Assembly (NCBI GenBank): GCA_963771945.1
Contig: CAVYVH010000002.1
Span: forward strand, 1,243,063-1,307,062
DNA length: 64,000 nucleotides
Direction of reading: 5' to 3'
DNA from: an uncultured Verrucomicrobiae bacterium
GTDB taxonomy: Bacteria > Verrucomicrobiota > Verrucomicrobiia > Verrucomicrobiales > Akkermansiaceae
The notes beneath the pieces were generated by a model, which saw nothing but the letters and a program-made list of their open reading frames with translations, ran no database searches and was not told the DNA's origin. This document shows positions 10,849 to 20,460 of the stretch, piece after piece. The position numbers and the translations under genes are program-made. The first letter of the stretch is position 1. The number at the start of each line of letters is the position of its first letter.

Positions 10849-11682
10849 ATGATTTGGAAAATCAAAAACCGCATCCTGGATCTTTCGCACCACGCCCAAG
10901 TGATGGGCATCCTCAACGTCACTCCCGACTCATTCTCCGACGGCGGGAAATTCGACGGACTTCAAAAGGCGATCACCCATGCCCGGGAAATGATCTCCCA
11001 TGGAGCCGCCCTCATCGATATCGGCGGAGAATCAACCCGACCCGGAGCCGTCCCTGTCGGAGCGGATGAGGAAATGGAGCGAGCCATCCCGCTGGTTCGC
11101 GCCCTCCGTTCCGAATGGGACGGATTCATATCCATCGATACCACGAAGGCATCCGTGGCCGCTGCCGCGCTTGCCGCGGGTGCGGACATCATCAACGACA
11201 TTTCCGGCCTCACCGCGGAGCCGGAGATGCCCGGTGTCTGCGCCGGCTCAGACTGCGGCATCGTCGTCATGCACATGCAGGGCAGCCCGGAAACGATGCA
11301 GAATAATCCCGTTTACGAGAACGTCACCTCGGAGATCCGGGCCTTTTTCGAGGAGCGTCTCGCGACACTCGGCGCACTGGGAATTTCCAAGGACCGCATC
11401 TGCTTCGACCCCGGCATCGGCTTCGGAAAATCCCTTGCCCACAATTGGGAACTTCTTCGAGACATCGACCGCCTCGCCCCACGGGAATCCCCTCTCCTTC
11501 TGGGGGTTTCGCGAAAGTCCTTTCTCGCAAAAGTCACGCCCGCCATCGAGCCAGCCGACCGTGACTCTCCCACCGCCGCGCTCACCGCCCTGACCCGCTC
11601 CAAGGGGATCATGCTTCACCGTGTCCACGCCGTCAGGGAAAACCTCGCTGCCCTCCGGATTGCCGAGGCGCTCCTTGGCTGA
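10849..11682 (+). CDS. folP: Dihydropteroate synthase
   Basis: MGILNVTPDSFSDGG, DIGGESTRPG, DPGIGFGK, SRKSF. Confidence 0.97.
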   Translation: MIWKIKNRILDLSHHAQVMGILNVTPDSFSDGGKFDGLQKAITHAREMISHGAALIDIGGESTRPGAVPVGADEEMERAIPLVRALRSEWDGFISIDTTKASVAAAALAAGADIINDISGLTAEPEMPGVCAGSDCGIVVMHMQGSPETMQNNPVYENVTSEIRAFFEERLATLGALGISKDRICFDPGIGFGKSLAHNWELLRDIDRLAPRESPLLLGVSRKSFLAKVTPAIEPADRDSPTAALTALTRSKGIMLHRVHAVRENLAALRIAEALLG

Positions 11683-11729
11683 TCGAACTCCAAACTGGCG
11701 TTGGATGCATTTCCGGTACAGATTCCGCC

Positions 11730-12611
11730 ATGCCCCGAACCCGCGACCCGGACGAGCCGAAGATCTACTTCCTCCCGAACCTGATGACCGCCTGCAATCT
11801 TGCCTGCGGATTTTTCGCCGTCCTCATGATCCTGAAAGGCCAGATCGAAGTCCAGAAAGTCTCCGGAGATGCCGTTCTTGCCGCCAAACAATACTACGCG
11901 GTCTCCCGCGAGTATTACCAGTATGCGATCCTTCTCATCTTCGGCTCCTGTCTTTTCGATCTGCTCGACGGGCGTCTCGCGCGCCTGGGCGGGAAAGATT
12001 CGCCCTTCGGGCAGGAGTTCGACTCTCTCGCGGACATCATTTCCTTCGGCATGGCTCCGGCGATGCTGCTCTCCCGCGCCGTCCTTTTCCCCCTTGGAAA
12101 CATCGGCTGGGGGATCGCGCTGATCTATCTGGTCTGCGGAGCGATGCGCCTGGCCCGCTTCAACTGTCTCGCCTTCGTTCCGAAAAAGCCCGGCGCCTCA
12201 TCGGATTTCCGCGGAATTCCCATACCCATGGCCGCAGGCTTCATCGCTTCACTCACCTTCCTCATCATCGACCTCTATGAAAACGACCACGAAGTCGGCA
12301 TCTGGAAATACGTTCTCGGCGGAGTGATGCTCGGCCTGTCCTGGCTTATGGTCAGTGATGTCCGCTACCCGTCCTTCAAGACGGTGGATTGGAAGACCAA
12401 AGGCTCTCTTACCACCATCGTTTTCGCGCTGGTCGTGATTTTCGCGACGATACGTTTCCGTTACATCATGCCAGTTGTCCTGTTCAGCGCCTATCTGATC
12501 TACGGCTTTGTTCGCCCGTGGATTTCCCAGCGGTGGAGGAAGGAAATCGAGGATTTCTCCGACAAGGATGAAGCGGAGGATCCGCCGCAAGAGGAAACCG
12601 GGACTTCCTGA
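11730..12611 (+). CDS. pssA: CDP-diacylglycerol-serine O-phosphatidyltransferase
   Basis: LPNLMT, DLLDGRLAR...FGQEFDSLADIISFG, RLARFN. Confidence 0.92.
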   Translation: MPRTRDPDEPKIYFLPNLMTACNLACGFFAVLMILKGQIEVQKVSGDAVLAAKQYYAVSREYYQYAILLIFGSCLFDLLDGRLARLGGKDSPFGQEFDSLADIISFGMAPAMLLSRAVLFPLGNIGWGIALIYLVCGAMRLARFNCLAFVPKKPGASSDFRGIPIPMAAGFIASLTFLIIDLYENDHEVGIWKYVLGGVMLGLSWLMVSDVRYPSFKTVDWKTKGSLTTIVFALVVIFATIRFRYIMPVVLFSAYLIYGFVRPWISQRWRKEIEDFSDKDEAEDPPQEETGTS

Positions 12612-12617
12612 ATCACC

Positions 12618-13510
12618 ATGGCCGAAAGGAAAAAATTCCGTCTCGTCCCCGTCCTGCTCGTCGTTCTGCCGGTGTGGCTGATCGCTTCCGCCGCGTTCGC
12701 ACTGGTGAAATATTTTCAGAACGAGAAAGCCGGGGAGCGCGCCGCAGAGCAGCGCTTCTCCCAATCCGTTTCCTCGGAACGAATCGCGGACGACCTTAGG
12801 AAAATCGTGGAACTCGTGGGTGAGCGCAACACCGCCACTCCGGGAAAACTCGCGGCAACCTCTTCGATGATCCAAGGGCTTCTGGGCCGGCCAACACCGG
12901 ATACGAGGTCAAGCTGATCAAAAGCCCCACCGACTTCCCCATGATACAGGCCACGGTTCCGGGGGAAAAAAGCATCGCGTCGCCCGTCTGGGTTCTCACG
13001 TCATACGACTCGCCTCTCGGCTCCCGCGGAGCGGAAAAAAACGCGTCCGGCCTGGCGGCAACACTCGCCGCTGCGCAGGCGCTCGCCGATGCCACTCCAT
13101 CCCGCCCCATTCGCTTTCTTTTCATCCCGCACGTGAACGAATCCGAAGCACCGGTTCTCGAAACCGCGCTTCTCGTTTCCCAACATATCTCGGAGAAACA
13201 TTCCGCCATCCTGTGTGTCGAGGCCATGGCGTCCGCGGAAACGCTTATCCTCACCTCCCGCGATACGGAGGCCACCCCCGTGGAGGAATTCGCGGGACTT
13301 GGAAAAATCCTAGGCGCGGAAGTCACTTGCCTGGGCGACGATTTCGACCTGGCTTCCACTCTCGTCGAGACCGGCCTACCTGCCATCCGCATCGCCACCC
13401 GCCCCACGCTTCTGCCGGACGAAAAAGATGACATGGTTCCCTTTGCCCCGACGCTCGCGGCATCCACTGGCAGATTGGTCGAGCTGATACAAAGGCTTTC
13501 CAAGGAATAG
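12618..13510 (+). CDS. M28 peptidase-like protein, split by one indel near 12888
   Basis: ORFs 12618-12917 and 12941-13510 join (LGPANTGYEV) if one C is restored; SYDS...GAEKNASG resembles a degenerate M28 motif. Confidence 0.6.
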
Positions 13511-13590
13511 AGAGCCTCCCCGCTGATCAAAAAATCGCTCCTTGACCCGAAAACCTTCCTGCCCGACCGATTTCACCTAACAAAACGCGA

Positions 13591-14784
13591 ATGACCTCCA
13601 CCAGCGAACCTGACACGACTTTCAAATCCCATGCTCCCGGCTACTGGCCGGACTCCGCCATGGAAAAGTGGGACAGCCATACCTGGCAGCTCCGCAACCG
13701 AATCGACTCCCTTGCCGATCTCGAGGCGAGGATCAACCTTTCCGACGAGGAGCGGGCCGGCGTCCTCCTGGCAGGCACCAAGCTGGCAATGTCCATTACG
13801 CCGCATTTTTTCAACCTCATCGATAAAAACGACCCCGACTGCCCGATCCGCCGCCAGGTGATCCCCCGTATCGAGGAAGGCTGGGCAGCTCCGGAAGAAC
13901 TTGCCGACCCGTGCGGGGAGGACTCCCACATGCCCGTCCCCGGTCTGGTTCACCGCTATCCCGACCGCGTCCTTTTCCTCGTGACCGACCGTTGCGCTTC
14001 CTACTGCCGCTACTGCACCCGCTCACGGGTGGTCTCCGGGGTGGGCGAGCAACAGCTCGAAACCCAATGGGAAGCCGCTTTCAAATACCTTGAGGAACAT
14101 ACGGAAGTGCGCGATGTCCTGCTTTCCGGTGGCGATCCGCTCCTTTTTTCCGACGGGAAGCTGGATAAAATCCTCACCCGCCTCCGTGCCATCCCACACA
14201 TCCAGTTCCTACGCATCGGATCGCGCATTCCCATCTTTCTCCCGCAGAGGATCACGCCGGAACTCTGCGCGATGCTGAAAAAGCACCACCCGCTTTTCAT
14301 TTCGATTCACGCCAACCATCCCAAGGAGCTCACCACCGAAGTCCGCGACGGCCTGGTGCGGTTGGCCGAGGCCGGTATCCCGCTCGGTAACCAGTCCGTG
14401 CTGCTGCGCGGGGTTAACGACTCCCCGGAGGTTCAGAAAGCGCTCGTCCACAAGCTCCTTATGTGCCGCGTTCGCCCGTATTACCTTTATCAGTGCGATC
14501 TTATCACAGGTTCTTCCCACCTCCGCACCTCCGTCGCCGAAGGAGTTAATATCATTGAGAACCTGCGCGGCCACACCACAGGCTACGCCGTCCCGCAATT
14601 CGTCATCGACGGCCCCGGCGGCGGCGGAAAGATCCCAGTGAACCCGAACTACGTCGTGGATTCCGACAAATCAAAGGTCACCCTCCGCAACTACGAAGGC
14701 GAAATGTTCGACTACCCGAACCCTACATCCATTTCCGCATCGGAAATGGCAGAGCTTCAGGAAAAGGCACTTTGTAAAAGCTGA
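13591..14784 (+). CDS. KamA-family radical SAM protein (lysine 2,3-aminomutase-like)
   Basis: GLVHRYPDRVL, CASYCRYC, SGGDPL, NQSVLLRGVND, PGGGGK. Confidence 0.93.
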   Translation: MTSTSEPDTTFKSHAPGYWPDSAMEKWDSHTWQLRNRIDSLADLEARINLSDEERAGVLLAGTKLAMSITPHFFNLIDKNDPDCPIRRQVIPRIEEGWAAPEELADPCGEDSHMPVPGLVHRYPDRVLFLVTDRCASYCRYCTRSRVVSGVGEQQLETQWEAAFKYLEEHTEVRDVLLSGGDPLLFSDGKLDKILTRLRAIPHIQFLRIGSRIPIFLPQRITPELCAMLKKHHPLFISIHANHPKELTTEVRDGLVRLAEAGIPLGNQSVLLRGVNDSPEVQKALVHKLLMCRVRPYYLYQCDLITGSSHLRTSVAEGVNIIENLRGHTTGYAVPQFVIDGPGGGGKIPVNPNYVVDSDKSKVTLRNYEGEMFDYPNPTSISASEMAELQEKALCKS

Positions 14785-14973
14785 GCGGAGAGCTTCTACC
14801 CCCTCCGGGAGATGAGGACAATGCCCGGATATCGCAAAACAGGCCGCGATACCGCCCTGCCCCCATTGAAACCTTGGTGGGTTTTGTTCAAAAGGTCTGT
14901 CCCTTTGAATGCCTTTGAATGCACGTTTCTCAGTCAGTGACAACATGAGTCCTCATACATTAGGATCCTCCTG

Positions 14974-15507
14974 ATGGAAAATTTCCTTACCACCATTTCC
15001 GACCTCATTCGTGACAAGGAACTCCCTGCCCTGATGATTGGCGGGCACGCTGTTACGGCTCTCGGCCATCCGCGAGCCACCTATGATCTCGACCTTCATA
15101 TCCCACGTTCTTCCGTCGCAGTTTGGAAAAGCGAACTTTCGCGCCTCAGCTACAGTCCTTACGCGAAAACCGCAAACTTCATCCAGTTCGAGCCACACCC
15201 CGGCTTCCCATTACCTCCCGTTGATCTGATGCTCGTAAATGACAGGGTTTTTGAGAGCCTCGGAAGCCGGAAAAACGACTCCATGCCCATCCCTACCCCT
15301 GACGTGGTCTCAATGATCGCCCTAAATCTCCATGCCATCAATCAACCGTCTCGTCGGGAAACCTCCCGGGACTGGGACGATATCCTGGCGCTGGTAGAGG
15401 TTCACAAGCTCACCCTCGACGACCCCGATTTTTTCGCTATCGTATCCAAACATGGAAGAGAAAAAGCTACAGAACGCATCAAAGCTACTATCTCTGGTGG
15501 AGATTGA
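14974..15507 (+). CDS. Nucleotidyltransferase-fold protein
   Basis: MIGGHAV...PRATYDLDL NTase motif, C-terminal RDWDDI. Confidence 0.7.
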   Translation: MENFLTTISDLIRDKELPALMIGGHAVTALGHPRATYDLDLHIPRSSVAVWKSELSRLSYSPYAKTANFIQFEPHPGFPLPPVDLMLVNDRVFESLGSRKNDSMPIPTPDVVSMIALNLHAINQPSRRETSRDWDDILALVEVHKLTLDDPDFFAIVSKHGREKATERIKATISGGD

Positions 15508-15694
15508 CTTTCCTACCGGCGATGGGCCCAGTCCGCATCCCGCGCGCTTTATTGACCCCCGTATTGTCGAGGCGCACTTCGCTCCGCTCGTGAAGATCAA
15601 CCCTCCCAGCGCGGAAGAACGCTGGGCGAGGAAGAGGGAACCACGCCGTTTACTCTGTGACCTTTTGTTGAACCCTCGTTTCCCGGTTCAGTGA
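15497..15694 (+). CDS. Small hypothetical protein overlapping the NTase gene end
   Basis: GTG start overlapping the upstream stop; EIDFP...SAEERWARK. Confidence 0.4.
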   Translation: MEIDFPTGDGPSPHPARFIDPRIVEAHFAPLVKINPPSAEERWARKREPRRLLCDLLLNPRFPVQ

Positions 15695-15760
15695 TCTCCC
15701 TTGAAACCGGAATACTGAAAACTCATCAGGTCAATTCGTCACTTTCCGAAAAGACGCCTC

Positions 15761-16855
15761 CTACTCGATCCCGACACGCAGATCCCTCATGCTCCAAAGC
15801 CTCCCTGCCGCAGGTTTTGCATTTCCGCGTAACCGACGCGCCCCGTCCTTTCTTCTTTCTGAAAACCGATCCCGTGCCCCCGCAAAGGCATCGTTCACGA
15901 ACTCCTTGCTTCCGATCACCGCGCCGTCCGTGAAATACCTCACCCGGCACCGCAACATCCCGGCCATTCCCAGCTCCGGGAGCGACGGGTTGCCATCATC
16001 AGCGGCTTCCAGGGATTCGGCATCGTTCAAGTCTCTTCCGGTGGTTCTTGCCGACAGTGTCACGTCAGCTCTTCCGCTCTGCCGCTCCAGTGCCAAGCCC
16101 ATCAGGCGCCGGTAGCGCCGGGAAGCGTCCTTCCATTTGCCCGCGTCGAATCCTGTATCCGTATCGGAGCTGATAGCACGCAAGAGGCCTTCCCTCGCCT
16201 TCTTTCCATTTCCCTTCATTCCCCCGCCGACCGCCTCTCCATAGCTACTCCAGCGATATTCGGCAGGATCCGAGACCATTCCAGCCCGCACAGGATTCAG
16301 GTCGATATACGCTGCGATTGTCCGTGCAGCGACACCACCTTCCACAATCACACTTTTGAACCGTTGCTCCCACAGGGTTCCCGACCGCTTGTGAGTAGAA
16401 TTAAACCACTGCGTGAAACGCTGCATCAGTCCCTTCATGAATTGCCCGAGGTCGTACATCCGGTAGGTGAAGCGCCCCTTGATTTCCTCGACCCGCTCTG
16501 GATTCCCACCAGCCAGCCCTCCCTCGTGCCTAGCATCGTTAAGCTGCCTGGCAACATCCGCCACGAAGGCCTCGCCATACAGAACCGAAAGTCTGGACAG
16601 GAAATCTTCATCGGAAACCCCTTCAGCCGGCACGGGCGGAACCTCCAGCAGGACGTGGATGTGGTTGCACATCACGCAATACGAAAGCACCCTGCAACCG
16701 GTGAACTTCTCCATCATCCGCATCAAAGTGCGGAACCGCTCCTTCTCCTCCGCCCCGAAAGCGTAGCGCCTGTCCACAACGCGGCTCACGCAGTGATAAA
16801 TCGCAGGCTTGGACTCCGAATCCTTCCACGGAGCCAGCCACCGTGCCCGCCTCAT
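15761..16855 (-). CDS. REP-associated tyrosine transposase (RAYT/Y1_Tnp, HUH family), long type
   Basis: YHCVSRVVDRR, YCVMCNHIHVLL (HUH), LWEQRFKS, YIDLNPVRAG (catalytic Tyr), YRWSSY. Confidence 0.9.
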   Translation of the reverse strand: MRRARWLAPWKDSESKPAIYHCVSRVVDRRYAFGAEEKERFRTLMRMMEKFTGCRVLSYCVMCNHIHVLLEVPPVPAEGVSDEDFLSRLSVLYGEAFVADVARQLNDARHEGGLAGGNPERVEEIKGRFTYRMYDLGQFMKGLMQRFTQWFNSTHKRSGTLWEQRFKSVIVEGGVAARTIAAYIDLNPVRAGMVSDPAEYRWSSYGEAVGGGMKGNGKKAREGLLRAISSDTDTGFDAGKWKDASRRYRRLMGLALERQSGRADVTLSARTTGRDLNDAESLEAADDGNPSLPELGMAGMLRCRVRYFTDGAVIGSKEFVNDAFAGARDRFSERRKDGARRLRGNAKPAAGRLWSMRDLRVGIE

Positions 16856-17195
16856 GATTCACCTCCCGTCCATTCAGTCATAATCATCGCCCCTTGTATC
16901 CCCCTCGACCCAAAACGCAAGAACGGATTCGCGCAAAGGGTCTGTCCCTGTGAATACTGTGAATATGGTGTGTCCCTGTGAATATGTCCCTGTGAATAGC
17001 GCCTGTCCACAACGCGGCTTACGCAGTGATATATCGCAGTTTTTCCTCCGAATCCTTCCACGGAGCCAGCCACCGCGCCCGCCTCATTCCTCACCTCCCA
17101 TGCCTTCGGTCATAATCATTTCCCCTTGTATCCCCTTCGACCCTAAACGCACGCAAGAACGGATTTGTGCAAAGGGTCTGTCCCTGTGTGTGAAT
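16764..17195. repeat. Imperfect ~195-bp direct duplication of the RAYT 5' end and upstream region, joined by CTGTGAATA micro-repeats
   Basis: 16764-16955 aligns with 16997-17195; CTGTGAATA at 16948, 16957, 16976 and 16990. Confidence 0.9.
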
Positions 17196-17209
17196 GCCTG
17201 TGACGCAAA

Positions 17210-17233
17210 GAAGGCGAGCCGAAGCTCGCCTTC
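17210..17233 (-). terminator. Probable intrinsic terminator of the PEP-CTERM operon
   Basis: GAAGGCGAGC-CGAA-GCTCGCCTTC hairpin (UUCG loop on minus strand) followed by TTT. Confidence 0.65.
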
Positions 17234-17280
17234 CTACTATAAAATCCTATAAGATCTAAAATCGTTTCGCTCTTCAGCAA

Positions 17281-17974
17281 TTAGCGTTTGCGGCGAAGGA
17301 GGCCGAGAACACCAAAAGCGCTGAGGAGGAGAGTGGAAGGCTCTGGAACAGCAGCCAATTGAATTGCAGGCACGGATTCTGCGCTTCCGCCACCCGCTCC
17401 AGTAGCATCAATTACTACCGTAGTCATGCCACCAGAAATCAAAGCCGATCCTTCCTGAGCCATTAAAAGGGCATTATCGTCCGGTTGAGCGCCAGTATCC
17501 TGTGCGTCTATAATGTCGGTATTGTCCCAAAGAAGCCATTGGGTCGAAGCTCCCAATGTGCTCTCATTTCCCAAGAACGTATAAAGTCCCCTCGGTGGAG
17601 TTTCTTGCCCTAGAGGTACTTGTTGGAAACACGAGGTTCGAAGCGTTCAAGTCAAATAGGCCGCCCCCTGGAATTGAACCCGCAGCCGCGCTATCCAGCG
17701 TTGTCATCGCAACAATCTGAAAATCTGCTATCAATGCAGGAATAGCAGCAATACCAGAAGTGGATGACAGCTGAAAGACCTGAGCGTCGGTAAGCGTTCC
17801 AAAATACCCCGCAGCTGCAATCCCCCCACCCGCAGCAGTAGAGGTTCCGTTATAAGCGATTGCCAGAGAGTTGCTAGTGCCTGCAGATCCAATATTTGAC
17901 AACGAAACAGAAGCTCCGTTTACCTGAGTGAGAGCAACTGATGTGGCGACTAGTCCTAAAATACGAGTTTTCAT
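17281..17974 (-). CDS. PEP-CTERM sorting-domain protein (frameshift near 17590-17620)
   Basis: Signal peptide in 17564-17974; C-terminal VPEPSTLLLSAFGVLGLLRRKR in 17281-17574. Confidence 0.88.
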
Positions 17975-18006
17975 AGTGATAATTATTGATCTGATTTTTG
18001 GTGTTA

Positions 18007-18996
18007 TTAGAGTGAAGAGTATGAGGTTGGTGGAGATAAAGTAATCATCGCAGCGGCACCCTTTCTTTGCAAAAAGACTCCACTCGACAAGTTAACAGTG
18101 GCTCCTGTTCCAAAAGCGGTTTCAGTATTACCGTCAATTTTCACCCACTGTTTGGCTCCAAATAGCGGAGTTTTGTAAAAGTAACGACTGAAAACACCTG
18201 CACTTTCAGCCACCCAGATTATATCAGATCCCCCAGCAGTCGCTTGACTTTGGAGGAAGGATTGCAGATTTGAGTTCTCGAGCGTCGCACCCACCGGAAA
18301 GATCACGCCTATTGGATTAAAGCCGGTGCCGACAGTCAGCTTCGTCGGGGTGGTCTTGACAACCCCTGTCAAAGTCAGGGTTTTAGGGGTACTCTTTATC
18401 TGAACAAACATGCCATCAACAAAAACTGCAGGCGTGTTAGGGGCGGCAATTTCTGTATTATTGCTCCCGAGCTTTGTCCAAACAGCCGCTCCGAAAAGAG
18501 GTTTCTTAAAATAATATCTATCATATTGCCCTACTACCGAAGGAAGCCAAACAATATCAGACCCGCCTGCAGTTGCCTGCGACTGCAATGATGTTCCAAA
18601 TAGATCTTCTAGCGTAGGCGCAACGCTGATGGAAACGGTATCTCCACCTGAAAGGCCAGGAATGACTGCAGGAAGAGTGATCGTGCTACCTGAAACAATA
18701 ACGAACTCTTGAACAAGGTCATCACTACTCCCTGAGCCAGCAGACACATCCAAAATGTAAGTTTTATTGACTGGAAGTAGCGCCGACACATCTACTGAAA
18801 AAGTAACTTGCGCTCCATTTATAGATGATATCTGACCAGTAAAGACTGCCGAGTTTTGAAGCGTTAGCCCTACTAGGTTGAAACCCACTCCCAGTTCTTG
18901 GGTCACATACCCGCTTGGCTTGGAGAAAGCTTGAGCATTGGCGATGGAAGATACAGATAGCGCGGCGGCGATGGTAAAAGGAATAAGTGTTTTCAT
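18007..18996 (-). CDS. Secreted protein, TIGR02597-like, with internal repeat
   Basis: Signal peptide, SKPSGYVT N-terminal motif, TLEDLFG, repeated LQSQATAGGSDI(V/I)W; family call from memory only. Confidence 0.6.
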   Translation of the reverse strand: MKTLIPFTIAAALSVSSIANAQAFSKPSGYVTQELGVGFNLVGLTLQNSAVFTGQISSINGAQVTFSVDVSALLPVNKTYILDVSAGSGSSDDLVQEFVIVSGSTITLPAVIPGLSGGDTVSISVAPTLEDLFGTSLQSQATAGGSDIVWLPSVVGQYDRYYFKKPLFGAAVWTKLGSNNTEIAAPNTPAVFVDGMFVQIKSTPKTLTLTGVVKTTPTKLTVGTGFNPIGVIFPVGATLENSNLQSFLQSQATAGGSDIIWVAESAGVFSRYFYKTPLFGAKQWVKIDGNTETAFGTGATVNLSSGVFLQRKGAAAMITLSPPTSYSSL

Positions 18997-19330
18997 AACG
19001 TCCAGAATTTAGGTTTGGCTGGTGGAGTTCGTCTAGAGAGTTTCGGGTGACAGGTTTGTCACTGCGGTTGATTTTCTCGGGAAGAAATCTTTCGCATGGA
19101 GGAGAGAAAACAGTGTTGCGGGGGCGGGGACAAGGAGAAAATGCGGAAGGTTGAAGAAAAAATTCAAATCTCAAAATTCAAGATTCAAGGAAGATGGGGT
19201 AAGTGGCTGGTGGGGAGTGGAGAGGCTTTGGTTTTGGGAGGGAAGACTTGGGTTGTTGGGCGGCCATAGGGCACGCCCCTCCTTGGGGCCTGGGGCTGGA
19301 ATCCTCTGCTGCGCTTTTGGGAGACGGGCG

Positions 19331-19374
19331 GTGGGACGCCGCTTGCACGGCCTGCCGCGGGACGCGGCAGCTAC
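19331..19374 (-). repeat. GTAG-type REP, same family as the ispG insert ends
   Basis: Minus strand GTAGCTGCCGCGTCCCGCGGCAGGCCGTGCAAGCGGCGTCCCAC. Confidence 0.85.
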
Positions 19375-20372
19375 GCCTGTTCTTGCGCGGAGAGGGAATG
19401 GGCGGCGAGATTCTCTACGGAGGTGACGGAATCCACTTGGCAGAGTTTTTGCCTGAGATCCTTTGCGCCGGGGAAGCCTTTGCAATAGGCCATGAGTCGC
19501 CCGCGCATGGCGGTGAGCGTTTGGCGCTCGTTGCCGTATCTGCCGCTCTCCACGGCCATACGGCAGTGGCGCAGGATGAGAGCCCACCTTTCCTGGAGCG
19601 GCACGGGTTCCATTTCTTTGCCGGTTTCCAGAAAATATTTCGCCTCGCGGAAGACCCAGGGGTTCTGCATGGCGGCGCGGCCAATCATGACGCCGGAGAC
19701 GGCGGTTTCGCGTTTGCGTCTGGCGAGGTCGCCACCGGTGGAAATGTCGCCGTTGCCGATGACGGGGACGGAGACGGCCCTGGCGACGGCATCGATCGTT
19801 TCCCAATCGGCCTCCCCCGAGTATCCCTGCGCCCGGGTGCGACCGTGGACGGCGATGGCTTGCATGCCGCAGTCCTCGAGGGTTTTCGCCACCTCCACCG
19901 CGTTGACGGAATCCGCGTCCCAGCCGATGCGGATTTTCGCGGTGACGGGAACGTCCATTCCCACCGCTTTCGCGACCCCGCCGGCGACGCTGGCAAGGAG
20001 AGGACAATCGCGAAGGAGGGAGGAGCCGCCGTTGCGGGAGACGACCTTATTCACCGGGCAGCCGAAGTTGATATCGATGAAATCCGGGATCCGGCCGGCG
20101 AGGCCTTTGTCGATGATTTTCCGGGCCGCCTCCCCCATCCTGACGCCATCGGCCCCGAAGAGCTGGACGCCCACGGGCCTCTGACCCTCGTCGAACTCGG
20201 TGTATTTCCGTGTCCTGTCATCCGCCTGCATGATGCCCTCCGCACTGACGAATTCCGTGACCATGACATCCGCCCCCATTTCCTTGCAGATACGGCGGAA
20301 GATAAGATCGGTTACCCCGGCCATGGGAGCGAGATACAAGGGGAATTTCCCTTCTGAAAACCAATGAAGCAC
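19371..20372 (-). CDS. dusB: tRNA dihydrouridine synthase B
   Basis: LAPMAGVTD, IDINFGCP, HGRTRAQGY, GNGDI, MIGRAA. Confidence 0.93.
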   Translation of the reverse strand: MLHWFSEGKFPLYLAPMAGVTDLIFRRICKEMGADVMVTEFVSAEGIMQADDRTRKYTEFDEGQRPVGVQLFGADGVRMGEAARKIIDKGLAGRIPDFIDINFGCPVNKVVSRNGGSSLLRDCPLLASVAGGVAKAVGMDVPVTAKIRIGWDADSVNAVEVAKTLEDCGMQAIAVHGRTRAQGYSGEADWETIDAVARAVSVPVIGNGDISTGGDLARRKRETAVSGVMIGRAAMQNPWVFREAKYFLETGKEMEPVPLQERWALILRHCRMAVESGRYGNERQTLTAMRGRLMAYCKGFPGAKDLRQKLCQVDSVTSVENLAAHSLSAQEQA

Positions 20373-20460
20373 GCGGGCACTCTAGCATGCGGGTCAATGG
20401 TTTTCGTGGTGGTGGATTTGAGCGGTGAGGTTGATGTATGAGAACCGTTGGGGGATTTTT

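Noticed and set aside
13591-14784. KamA radical SAM as part of a novel RiPP or biosynthetic cluster
   Set aside because: It is an ordinary KamA-family sequence with no precursor peptide, efp/epmA or tailoring genes adjacent.
16939-16998. Possible mini CRISPR array
   Set aside because: The repeats are only 9-14 bp with 0-10 bp gaps, with no unique spacers and no cas genes.
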